A stretch of DNA of 64,000 nucleotides, taken from assembly GCF_009914755.1 (NCBI RefSeq), contig NC_060927.1; one strand, 5' to 3'. The DNA comes from the human T2T-CHM13v2.0 reference genome, Homo sapiens. The notes beneath the pieces were generated by a model. The model was not told where the DNA came from, did not search any database, and saw only the letters and a list, made by a program, of their open reading frames with translations. This document shows, in pieces, positions 13,121-24,968 of this stretch; within the stretch, counting starts at the first letter, position 1; each line of letters starts with the position of its first letter. Position numbers and translations under genes: made by a program.

Positions 13121-13689
13121 TATAAAAATAATTTTTTAAATTACCACTTCAGATAGTGATAAGAGAACTATACAAATATATCAAGAGAAAAGGATAGAAA
13201 ACAATTGGGACAGACATGGCAGTTGCTAATTTAGCTACAATCCTCTCTGAAAAAGGGACAGTTGAGTGAGACCAGAAATGAAGAAGAGACAGCCTTATTA
13301 AACTTTGGAGAAGTGAGCATTTTAGGTAGAGAGAATTTCAAGTTCAGTGTAGAGATGAGAGTGAGAATGATGAGATCAGGACAGAAGAAAGTCAGTTTGG
13401 TTCAATCCTAGTCAGCTATGGAGAAAGGGTTAAGAAAACAGTATCAGAGAAGTAGGCAATAGCCTGATTGTGCTAGCCAGTGCAAAGAGTGAACATTTGT
13501 TCACATTGCAATGGAAAGCCTATGGAGAGCTTTAGGCTGATTAATACACAAATACAGTACAATTTAAGTGACTAAATAGAGAAACTCAAAGGGGTATTTT
13601 AGAGTGTTATTCGTCTTTGTTAGACAAAGTAAATGTTCAATAATTTTTTAAAATGGAAAGATGAATGTTTTCTTACATAGTAATTATCT

Positions 13690-14395
13690 TTTTTAAAAAA
13701 ATCAGATTTATTAGATGTAATTTACATACAGTATATTCACTCTCTTTAGTGTACAGTTCTATGATTCTGACAAACACATACAATCATGTAACCACCACCA
13801 CAATCAAGATGTAGAACAGGTATCTCCCCTCCTCAAATTCCCTCGTGCTCATTTGGAATCAACCCCTTCCTCCACCCCGCTATAGTTTTGCCTTTTCCCT
13901 AGTGTGATATAAATGAAATTATATAGTACATACCCTTTTGAGTCTGACGTCTTCCATTTAGCAAAATTTACTTGAGATTCATCATGTTGAATGTTTCAGT
14001 AGTTATTTTCTTTTTATTGCTAAGTTGTGTTCCATTGTATTGATGTGCCACAGTTTATTAATTCAGAGGAAGGACATTTGGGTTGTTTCCAGTTTGGGGC
14101 AAGCATGAATAAAGTCTGTATAAACATTTGGATTAAAGTTTTTCCATAAACAAAAGTTTTTATTTAATTTTGGTTAGTATGGAGCATTGCTGGGCCATAG
14201 GGAAAGTGTATGTTTAACTTTAAAAGAAACTGCAAAGCTGTTTTCCAAAATGGGTGTAATGTTTTGCTTTCCCACTAACATTGAATGAGAATTCCACTTT
14301 CTCTGCATCCTTGTCAGCTGTTAGTATTGTCTTTAAAAAAAAAAACAACTTTGTATTTTCTCTTTTTGTCATTATATCAGGTGTATAGTCAGTGG
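13690..14395 (-). mobile_element. L1MB/L1ME 3' end
   Basis: TTTAGTGTACAGTTCTATG...ACCACCACCACAATCAAGAT...GGACATTTGGGTTGTTTCCAGTTTGGGGC...AAGAAACTGC. Confidence 0.85.
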
Positions 14396-15809
14396 CTTCT
14401 TTTAAACGTCACAACTATAAATTTAAGGGTCTGGTGAGTATGGATAGTAAGAATGTAATGTATGATGGGATAATTTTTTTCATCCACACTATTTTTTTTT
14501 ACCCAAAAGAGTATGATCTTATCAAATCATTGTTAAGAGTTAAAGTACATTTAAGACTATAATTTAAGTACATTTAAGACTATATTTTTGCTTGAAGACT
14601 TTTACAGAAAATAAGCTTAAAGAATTTATTCCTTGAATCCTGACAACCTTGAATTCTAGTCCTCCCATATTTAATGGGAGTCTCATGGGATGCTTTCTTA
14701 GAAAGACAACTCATGAAAATCTCTATTTAAAATATCACTGACCCCTGAGGTTGGATGAAGTCTTTGTCCCATAAATTCCAAGCTCAGTCATACTATTAAA
14801 AAAAAAACAAAACATAGTAATTGAGTTTTGCTAAAAATCCAATAAAGCAAAAGAATTATACCATTATTTCTCACATGCATTTTTCCAACCTATCCTCACA
14901 TCGCTGACATACTCCATCTCAGGCAACCTGGTTTTGTCTGTTCTGTGGCTCGCCACTCTAACCTTTTGCTTACCAGTAAGACATAGGGGAAACACAATTT
15001 AAATTCTGCTGAAGGATTTGAGCATTCAGTAACTCATCGACTCTACAGTATAGTCTGAGCAGAAATGGACATTTCACTGATTTTCACATCCAGAAGCTAC
15101 CCTTTAATAGATCTCCAGGAGAATCATCCCTCCTCTGATTTGTGAATTCCTGATCTTGTAGCATTCTACAGTTGTTCAATGAGAGGCTCTGGAGGACTAG
15201 AAAATTCAGTGCTTTTTACAGAGTCTATAGGAGCCTATCACATAGGTTCAGTGTCTCTGCCAGTGCCTTGACTTAATCCAGAAAACATTCCCATTCCAAC
15301 CTCGATACAAATTGTCCTGTTGCTTCTCTTTTCATGGAGAAAGTATTTTCTGCATGAGGGCATGGACCTATGCCTAACACAAAATATCCATAACTTTCTA
15401 GGAACTGGTCTTTATTTCCTGACAGAAGACATAGATGCAATTCCTGTATTTGTAACATCAGTCACTTTTGTAAAGCTTGGTGCTTTCATTTTGTCTTTCT
15501 TTCAAAGCCTTTTAAACAACACTCATGGCTTTTCTCCTCCTGCTAGTGGGAGGCAGTATTAAACTTATCTGGCATAAGAAAGATTTTGTGCAGCTAATTT
15601 TATCAGATGACTCCAAGTCATTTCATTCGGAGCTACTTATTTCTCTTAGTGGAATCAAATAATGTAAATCTCCTAGACGTTCTTGTTAATGGTTGGTGGA
15701 AAAACGTGCGGGTGGAAATATGTCTTTCCCATAGGTACTTGATAGCATTTGATTAGAGGCCAGGCATGTAGCAGCTTCGTGAATCTTCCTTTTTGTTTTC
15801 TGTTTGCAG

Positions 15810-15906
15810 ATTTTATTCTTCACCGTACAGTATTGCAACCAACCGCATGATTCCACAGACATCTATCACGCCATTCATTGCTGCTTCCCCTGTCTCCACA
15901 TACCAG
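15810..15906 (+). CDS. RBMS3: RBMS3 coding exon (probable exon 9), 97 nt, phase 2 to 0: (G)[32 protein letters not shown]
   Basis: Acceptor TTTTGTTTTCTGTTTGCAG, donor CAG|GTATGT. Phase matches the previous exon and the peptide is RBMS3-like. Confidence 0.97.
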
Positions 15907-17162
15907 GTATGTCCAATTTACCTGCACCTTAGGAGATATCTTTCTTGCAGTAATACAGTATTTAGAGGCAAAAAGGACACAGTAGAATGAAAAGAAAAAA
16001 ATTCTCATACACTTTAATCACATCTTAATGTAATAATACTCAAGTTATGAGTTAGCCTATACTTTCAAGAGCCTGTTTGCATCAATTCACTGGATAATAA
16101 AATCCACTATGCTTTTCATTCTTCCTGCTGAGTTTTCATGATTATGCTACTGTCCAACCAACCTTAATACAGCTCTCTCACCACTGGGAAATTATTTTGT
16201 TTGTTGTCTGTTACTTTGTTTGTTCATGTTCCCTATTGTGTCTTTTCTAAAAGCACATTTCTAGCAATTCCTTCACTCACTCCAGGATATTTTATCACTG
16301 TCATCTCATTTTGTCATGGTTGTCCTGGTAAAGCTACACAGATAGATGTTAAATCATACTTCCCAAGAAACAGAAGAAATTATCAAAGTGGTAAAAAGTT
16401 GTTCGTATTCCCTGCTCTTATTTCATTCTCAGTTCCAGAGAGACCAAAAGAGACCTCAGGGGTTCCGCATGTTGGAATGCTGGAAAGTCTGAGACTCAAT
16501 GTGTGTCCTCAACTAGATATTATAGCCAGTTAATTCCAAGTACATAGGTCGATTAAAATAGTCACACTTCTCCCTCAAACAATACTCCTTGTTTTATTCC
16601 TCTGAGTTATTACGTATGTGATATTAATCTCCTCTCTACCTAATATTGTTCTTCAAACAGTTCTTCCAATTCTAATTAGAAAACGCCTATATATATGCTG
16701 CACGTAGAAAGTGTCTAGTGTCATTTCTTAAAAGTTTGGAGGGAGAAAGAGAAAGAGAGAATGCAAGCGTGTGTATGCATGTGCTTCTTGAATTTTGCAG
16801 CTGGTGGGGGTGGATGTTATATAATGAGTAAAACTGTAATGATACTGATACTATTAATTCAGTGAAGTTTTGCCTTGTTCAGTCACTATATACTTCATTT
16901 CAGGATATCCCAGCTGTCAGAGAATCAAACTTAAGACTATGTGCACTTTTCCTTAACTGATTCCCCCCAAAGCAGATCATTTTCTTTCTTTTTCTGCACT
17001 CAGATTCTTGAAACATATCCGTGGGCAAATGGAATAGATTTTCATTTGAATTACATTAGAGGGTCTCTGAATGGCTGATTTCTTAATTGCCTTTCCTTGG
17101 CATGAGGCTATGTGCAGGTTCTGTTCAGTTTTTGTTCTTCCTGCAGGCCTGCCTGGTTGTAA

Positions 17163-17198
<36 letters not shown>
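17163..17198 (+). repeat. (TG)n microsatellite
   Basis: Read directly from the sequence. Confidence 0.95.
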
Positions 17199-17201
<3 letters not shown>

Positions 17202-18135
17202 CCTTTTTTTTTCTAATCTTGGCCTCTGTTCCAGCCAAGACCACCCATTAAGCCACAGTGTAGAGCACTTTGGTGACATGAATAAAATATTCACTGAAGA
17301 GTGATTTTACTTGGGAGGGCTCATAAGTGGAATTTAACTCTAGCTCCCTTTTCTCAAAAGAAGAGATTACAGCAATGATCGATGTTGTTGATTCTCACCT
17401 TTCACCAGGTTTTTTCAATCCAAAGTGTTTTGGCAATTCTGTGTGTGTGAGTATATAAAAAAAATCTTCTGAGTTCTCCACGTGACATTCAGCTTATACA
17501 GGCTGACTTTTTCATTTGTCTGACACATGGTACATTTAAGAATAGTTGGCTGGCTGACATACTCATTTTTATGTGTTATACCAATTACCATGAGCGAAAA
17601 TAATTACAAACTTGCTTAACTTGGGTTAAACCTAAATAACTGCCCCAAATTTTTGGTTTATCTCTTTAGCTCTTACCACAACTTTTACCACTTGGACATA
17701 TTTCTAAAATGGGATCACTTGAGCATTTGAAGTTACAACTGATGACAGAAAAAGAGAAAGTCTTAGCAGTCAACTCTTGCTTCCTTCATTACTTGCCAGG
17801 ACATCCCTGAAAGCTGATCTTCAAATGGTCTCTGAGGCCTCCTAAAACTTTAGCGTTCAACATCAACCTCAAAATATGCTCCAAGACCCAGCCTGGGCCA
17901 TGTGGGCACTGAAGTCAGCTCCACTGATAGGGGAAGTTGCTTTACCTTTTACCTTGTTTCAGGGACCAATTTAATCAAGTCCAAGAATTCCCTTTTTACC
18001 CTTGGTTTTGAGCACGAATTAACTGTAAAGTCAGGTGGACTCCACTTTCTTATGACCTAGTGTGACTCCACTGAACACAAGAACCAAGTTCTCTCTATGA
18101 TTGCTTTGTGCTAATAAATGCTGTTTGATGCATAG

Positions 18136-18186
18136 GTCCAGAGTACTTCATGGATGCCTCATCCGCCATACGTTATGCAACCAACA
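18136..18186 (+). CDS. RBMS3: RBMS3 coding exon (probable exon 10), 51 nt, phase 0-0: VQSTSWMPHPPYVMQPT
   Basis: Acceptor ATGCATAG, donor ACA|GTAAGT. Open in frame; similar to RBMS1 VQSPSWMQPQPY (recalled). Confidence 0.95.
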
Positions 18187-19009
18187 GTAAGTGTTCTCAG
18201 TCACCTGAGGCTAATATTTCTATTATCCAAGTACAAGCTTTTGGAATGCATAGAAGCTTTGGGGTAAAGCTTTTGTTATAATATGTAACTCGTTCAGGCA
18301 GCCATATTCTCCAGATAAAAAGCTGTTCCTGAAATTCTACAAAAGCATGTACAATAGATAGCTAGAGATCAACATAGACATAGAATCAGATAAAGAGAGA
18401 GGGTGAAAAAGCAAGAGAGTGAGAGAGAGAGAGAGAGTGCCTGGAAACTTTATTAGAAGAAATAGCAATCAACCATTCAAGCTGAGTCTACCATTTCTTA
18501 TGCATGAGGAATTTCTGCTTTATGCAGGAACTCAGAACTCCGGACAATTAAATTTATTCTACAAGGAAACTCTTTGTTTCCCTTCTCTTTCTGATATGCT
18601 TTTCTTTCTTTGGCCACAGTCTGATATGCCTTAGGGACAATTTGGAGTATCATAGACAAGTTTTGACTTGAAGCAATATATTTCAAATATGAAGGTAGTT
18701 GTCTGCTAATAGATGAATTTATATAGATAGATGGCAAGGTGTGTAAATATTTTCATGTTAATTAACTATAGCAGTTTTCTTTTTCTATAGTGGAAATTTT
18801 CTCTCTGCAAAATATTCAAATTCTCTTTTTTACTTGCTAGATTTCCCATTTTATGGCACAATATTACATCAATTCCAAGTGAAAAGTATGACGTATTACA
18901 TTAGAATCTAGACTGAAGGCTAATGATTGCATTTATCTTTGCCTAAGTCTTCCAGGGTTTCTAGCTCTATAGAAGTGCGAGATAGAGATTTCAATAGCAA
19001 CACACTCAT

Positions 19010-19230
19010 GAGGGTGTGAGGCAGGGGAAAGAGCCCTAGACTGGAAGTTGTGTGACAAGGTCTCTGGTGACTCTTCTGGGTATGCTCTCTGTGCATTTGT
19101 TTCCTTTTCTGACACTATATACTTAATAGTGCTTTTGTGAGGATCAAATGAGAGATCACATGTAAAAGACAATGTAAAAAAGTATACATGCTATGCATTA
19201 TTATTATCATTGTCCTCATTATTATTGAAT
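19010..19230 (+). mobile_element. MIR fragment
   Basis: GGGAAAGAGCCCTAGACTGGAAGT...TTGTGAGGATCAAATGAGA; boundaries approximate. Confidence 0.65.
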
Positions 19231-20509
19231 GTGTTCATTATACAAGGAAGAAGCAGTGCTAAATTTTAACCCCTTTAGAAGATAAATGTAAGTAAGTTAG
19301 TATACATTAAACACCAGGGAGCTAAATACGCAGACATCCATTTCCTGAACTCAGAAAATTAGAGAATCTGGCTTTCATATCTGAGCAGGGTCCATTTTAT
19401 TTTTTTAAATAAGGAACTTTTCATGTTGCTCCAAACATTTTGATAGTTTTTTATTTAAAGAATAAAATATATGTAGTTTACCACAGCAGAACTTTGTACC
19501 ATATTTTGCAAATCCCTTTATTTACTATTATTTACACACCTTGAGGGCTTTCTGAGTTCATCTAGTCTATGTTCTATAAATCATACCACTATGCAACAAA
19601 TCCAGGCTACACTTTTCTGTCCAAGTCATAAGGTAAAATTCAGTTTGTGCTGCCAAAGCAATACATAGCATAGCAAAGACTGAGCCAACGGAGGAAAAGG
19701 AAAGAAGTCCTGCCAAGTTCTCAAAAGGAGACTTTCTGGAAGGAAACAACCACCTTCTAAAAAATGTGTTCATCCGTAAAGCACTAATACTAACTTAGTC
19801 CTCATACTGAGTTTTAACACCATCTCTTTGTGGCCAAAAGGAGTGCACATCTGGCAAAATCTGAATATTTTACCAGATGTCAAACTATGTAAGATTCTTC
19901 AGTACTTCCAGATCTATTAGGGGCAGGGAAGATGGTTGTATGGGACTTTATTTCAGCTGTCACTCAGGACTTTTACAAAGCTTTTCACACACCTCCTTTT
20001 CCACCCCAGTACAGCTTCAGCCTCGTGTTCGCATGTATTATTTCTGTGTGTGTATTATTAGTGTGTGTGTACATGTGTGTGTGTACTTTAATTTGTCCTT
20101 TTAGATTTTCCTTGCTGTGGCTACTACTCAGAGCTGATATCGTATCACCTCCCATGACTAAATTATGCATCGTGCTTGAGCTTAGGCCACTAGGTTTAAA
20201 TGTAATGTTTATGGCTGGGGTGGATTCCTGGAAAAATAGAAGTGGCTGGGCCACACACCACTTTGCTATCTTTTAGATGGAGAAAAGGGCAAAACAGTAT
20301 CATGGAAACACAGAGTTTGTACCATCAATCATTTCCCTGTAATAATCTTGTTGGCTGTCCATATTACATAAGTAACTTTACCCAACTGGCTTTAATTTTA
20401 TCATCAAAGTGAGGTTAAGTCACCCTATGATACTAAAATATAAAAATATTCAAGCCATCTTAGACAACAAATCAAAAAACCTGAATCTGAGAAGAATTAA
20501 TGAGGAACT

Positions 20510-20740
20510 TGATGATTAACAACATGGATTCTTGGTTGAGCTCATTAGGACAGGAAACCCATTTTAGCAAGGGGGTATTGAGCTATTTACATAAACTTTC
20601 TGAGCCACAGTTTCTCATCTGTAACATGGACATAATAATACCCAAATAATTATGTTTTGTTCATTAAATGAAATAAGGCATTAAAGCTCTTAAAATAATT
20701 TCTGGAAAAGAGCACTCAATAAATTATTATTATTTAATTA
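20510..20740 (+). mobile_element. MIR fragment
   Basis: TTTCTGAGCCACAGTTTCTCATCTGTAACATGGACATAATAATACC...GCACTCAATAAAT. Confidence 0.7.
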
Positions 20741-22261
20741 TATTAGTAGACTTCTCATTATGCTTTAAATTATCCCAGTTTTATCAAATGAGTGTTGTTA
20801 TAAGCAGAAAGTTGAAAGTAAGCAACTTTGTTGAGAATCATCTATTTCTACCACATTCATAGTGCTAATTACCTTACTTTGCTAATGAGTTTGGTGGAGA
20901 AACTCTGTGGCTATAAACAAGACAAATTGCTTACATTGGTACTTATTTCACTTACTTTCTAAACATTCAACACCTAAAACTTAAAAAAAAATGCCCATTG
21001 AGAATCTCCTTTTTTCAGTAACTGGAGACTACCTTACAAATAAATTCAAGGTGTCAAAATCTATGTCTCAAATATATTGCCCATAATTCCAATTTGCTTG
21101 CAACTTTTCTTCTCTGTCACATTTTCTCTTTCCTCACTTTATGATAATTTCATGCATGAGGTTTCATTGTACAGGAATATACCTCCCCTATCACCAAGCG
21201 TGTACACTGATTCCTGAGTTGGAGCCAGATGTATTGCCTAGGCTAGAAGCCCTTCGGGTTCTCTCTCAGGCTTGACTTAAAGGGCTCTAATGTCTCAATC
21301 TGGTTTGTATCTGAAAACAGTGCTTCCGTAAAGTTCTAAAGTAGAGCGCAATGACCTTGATCTCTTTGCTAAGGAGGATGAATGGGTAAACTGGAGGGGC
21401 AACAACTGGTAAGAGAGAAATGAAATGGCACAGAGAACTAAAGGGAACAGTAAAGGCATGAAAGAAGAATAGAAAACATAAGCATATAATTTCTAAAGTT
21501 TGCCATTTAAGTTTGTTTCTTTGTACATTTAATTTTCTAAGTAATGTGCTTGTAGATTTAGAAAAAAAATACTCTGGGAAGAAAGGATAGATGTCTCTTT
21601 GCATGGATTATAATTCTGATGTTTTGGAAAGAAAAGAGATTTCTGTTACTGGACCCTGGGAACTTATTGGATCTCCTGGAAAGCTGTCAAACCCCACGTA
21701 GAGAATCAAGAGCATTTCTGTTTGCCTTTTGTTATTGTTCACCTGAATAGACTCTGAGAAGACAGCACTGTTAGACTAAATTAGGAATTCCCTTTTTTCT
21801 GAGAAGTAAAAATGCTGACTTTGTCAATGTAGTTGGTTATTTGCTTCTGCTTCTCAGCACAGACGTCTATACTGCATGCTGAAATCTCACCATTGCACTA
21901 ACAGAATTTTAATAGTTGATGGATTGCACCAAATACCTACTCTACAGAGCAGTATGTTACATTGCAATGTCATATGAATACACAGTTGAAATTGCTGTGT
22001 TCCAATACATTGGATATTTTGTTACATCTGTTATTACTGACAAGGAGAAAAGATGATAATTTTCAAGAGGAAGCAGAGTTCCACTTTCTTAAACTTTATT
22101 TAAGCTCATTTGAAGCATAAATCTTCTGTTCTTGATATGGGTAGTGTTATATCATCTCAAGGAGAAAGGTCAGCTTTCATTTTGACTTAATTACAAATTG
22201 GTTATCTAATTACAGTATTCTAAGAAATGCAAGATGCCCTTATTGAATCAATACATGATTT

Positions 22262-22275
22262 GTTGCCATGGCAAC
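22262..22275. promoter_or_regulatory. Perfect RFX X-box GTTGCCATGGCAAC
   Basis: Exact match to the palindromic X-box consensus, inside a 22-bp palindrome in apparently unique sequence. Confidence 0.6.
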
Positions 22276-23482
22276 AAATGGCAAAAAAGTTGCAAGCAAA
22301 TAAAAAATTATAATCGTTATGATTAATGAACCCTGAGTTTTCAGCTAAAGAGAAAATATAAACTTCTTCTTTACAACCAGGCTGTTTAAGAAGCCCCAGA
22401 ATACTTAATTTGGTCATTCTTTGCCCTTAAACATGTAAGGCCTAAGGCCTAGTTTTAGAGTTGTGTCCTTCAATTTTGTAGGTGTGTGTTTTGAGAAGGC
22501 ATTATCACCAAATTTGCCCTAATTACTGTAGAAAATAGTCCTGGCTTTGCTACCGTTAAATATAACTTCAAAATTTTACGGTAATTTTTCAAATATAATC
22601 TCAGCAACTTTAGTAAAATAACTTTAAACAATGAAATGCAAGGCTTATAATTCAAAAGAAGTGTATAGAGTATAAAAGATTTTCCACCTAGGATCCCTTC
22701 ATTCATCATTTCTATTCTCCGGAAATACACATTGTAAACAAAATCAGATATTTCTATCCAGTCAATTTTATATGCATATGAAATTATATATTTGCATGTG
22801 TGTAAATGTGTATTTTTAATATAGAAACAATATTACTCTACAAATGTTGTATTATGATTTGCTTTATTTTTCCTCAATAATAAAATGTTCTGGATGTCAA
22901 TAAATATGAGCCATATATAGATCTATATCAATTTTGCTAACAGCTCCATTGTCACTACTGTATAAATGCACCAAAAGGTGTACTTTCTTGAAAACTCAAG
23001 ACAGTAATATTACACCCTAGTGAGAAAACGTCTGTCAGATAAGTTGCTGACACAAAAGATATTTACATTTTAAAATTTGATATACATTATTTTCAAATTG
23101 CCTTTTAGATAGCAGTTTTTCTTTCTCCATAACCTCAATTAAAAGCAGGTAATCTCAAGTTTTAAATATTTTGTTAATGTGGTAAATGTCTCACTCATAT
23201 TTTATTTTCATTTCTGAATCCTATGAGTTGAGTTGATTTTCACGTGTTTATTGACTAATTTTGTTTTCTTTATCTCTGAACTTCAAGTTGGTTTGCTTTG
23301 CTTAGTTTTCTTTTGAGGTACTGATCTTTTCTTATTTATAAAAGATCTTATTACAGTTAGTAAGTTTATAGTGTCATAGATAATTTAAATATTATCTCAG
23401 TTGACTTTAAATTTTAATTGTATATTTGTCATGCAGATTTTTGGTATTTATGTATTCAAATGTATCAGTCTTTCTTTTAGAA

Positions 23483-23703
23483 CAAGGGTCAGCAAACTTT
23501 TTCCGTAAAAAGCCAAACAGTAAATATTTTCTGTTTTGTGAGCTATATGGTCTGTGTCACACCTACTCAATTCTATGGTTTATTGTGAAAGCATCCATAG
23601 ACAATACATAATGAATGGGTGTGCCTTGAGTTCCAATAAAACTATATTTACAGAAATAGGTATGGCCACATTTGACTCACAGCCTATATTTTGACAACCC
23701 CAG
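23483..23703 (+). mobile_element. MER58A (hAT-Charlie MITE)
   Basis: CAAGGGTCAGCAAACTTTTTCCGTAAA...GTTCCAATAAAACT...TTTGACAACCCC; degenerate 8-bp TSD TTTTAGAA/CTTTAGAG. Confidence 0.88.
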
Positions 23704-24086
23704 CTTTAGAGCATCTGTATTCCATGCAAAATACCTTAATCACTATAGATTTAAAATGCCATATGTTTTCTTACTATGCTTATAGTAAATTTTGTTTAAA
23801 AATGTTGTTACCTTTGAAGTTTATTTTATAGCATGAGATGAGATTAAGATTCAAAATTTCATTTTTTTGATTTTTTTTCCCCCAAACATGGAACCAATTG
23901 CCATAACAAATTTTACCAAAGAAACCCTCTATATTTCGTCCTCTGGCATAAATTTTATGCCAATATTTATCACATAATAAAATCTTTTTATCTTTGTATC
24001 TGTTTTCCAAATGCTCTTCTGTCCTGCTTCTCTATTTCCTTTGAGCATTGCTCTATTTTGACTACTATAACTGACAATACCTTAAT

Positions 24087-24302
24087 CAGAGGTGTCCAAT
24101 ATTTTGGCTTCCCTGGGCCACATTGGAAGAAAAATTGTCTTAGGCCACACATAACATACACTAAAACTAATGATAGCTGATGAGCTAAAATAAATAAATA
24201 AGTCTTATAATATTTTAAGAAAGATCGTGAATTTGTGTGGGGTCACATTCAAAGCCGTTGTGGGCTGCATGCAGCCAGTGGGCCACATGTTGGGGAAACT
24301 TG
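24087..24302 (+). mobile_element. MER30 (hAT-Charlie MITE)
   Basis: CAGAGGTGTCCAATATTTTGGCTTCCCTGGGCCACATTGGAAGAA...GATAGCTGATGAGCTAAAA...GGGCTGCATGCAGCC. Confidence 0.88.
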
Positions 24303-24631
24303 CCTTATAAACTGATAGGAAATGTCCACAATATTTTTTTCATTGTTTCTCAAAAATTTTTCTAGCTATTTTACATTTTCAGATGAACTTTAATGCATTT
24401 TATGAAGTTAAAAATGTACTAAAATTTCAAATTATATATTGACTTATGGGAAATTTAAGAATATGACATATTTACAACATTGAATTTTTCTATACAAGAA
24501 AAAGAACTTTTCGTCTACCCAAGAATTCTTTTATGTATTTTGGATCACTTAATAGAGTATCAGGTTTCCGCCATATGTATTCTATACATTGCTTAATGTT
24601 TTCCTGGCATCTTAGTATTTTTGTTATTATA

Positions 24632-24968
24632 TGTTTTAGTTTTTTGCTGTGGCTATAACAAAGTAGCACAGACTGTGTAATTTATAAAGAAAATAAGTCT
24701 ATATAGCTCACAATTCTGGAGGATGGAAAGTCCAAGAGCTTGATACAGGCAGCTGGTGAGGGCCATCTTGTTATGTCATAACATGGCAGAAGACATCACC
24801 TGGCAAGAAGGCAAAAACAAGAGAGCCAGAGAGAGCTTCCTTTTCTAACAAAGCTATTCCCACAAATCTAATTCCATGGCAACATTAATCCATTCATGAG
24901 GACACAGCTGACATTAATCCATTCATGAGGACACAACACTTATTTCTAATGTGTAAGTTTTGTAACAC
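24632..24968 (-). mobile_element. MST/MLT1A-class MaLR LTR with internal 29-bp tandem duplication (24882-24935)
   Basis: GCTATAACAAAGTAGCACAGACTG...AATTTATAAAGAAAA...GCTCACAATTCTGGAGG...AAGTCCAAGA; ACATTAATCCATTCATGAGGACACA occurs twice. Confidence 0.8.

Larger units (their letters stand above)
12340..13540 (-). mobile_element. L2 fragment interrupted by MLT1A and Alu
   Basis: (ATTC)n CAACA...CCAGGCTCTGTTCTAGGC...CCTTGGAGCTGACATTCTAG; L2-like sequence resumes after 13120; outer boundaries approximate. Confidence 0.6.

Noticed and set aside
17004-17078. Acceptor-like TTTTCTGCACTCAG with a 24-codon frame
   Set aside because: Ends in TGA and has no credible donor nearby.
18841-18885. Possible 45-nt poison exon (TTGCTAG...AAA|GTATGA)
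   Set aside because: Weak donor and no supporting motifs; within pseudo-exon background.
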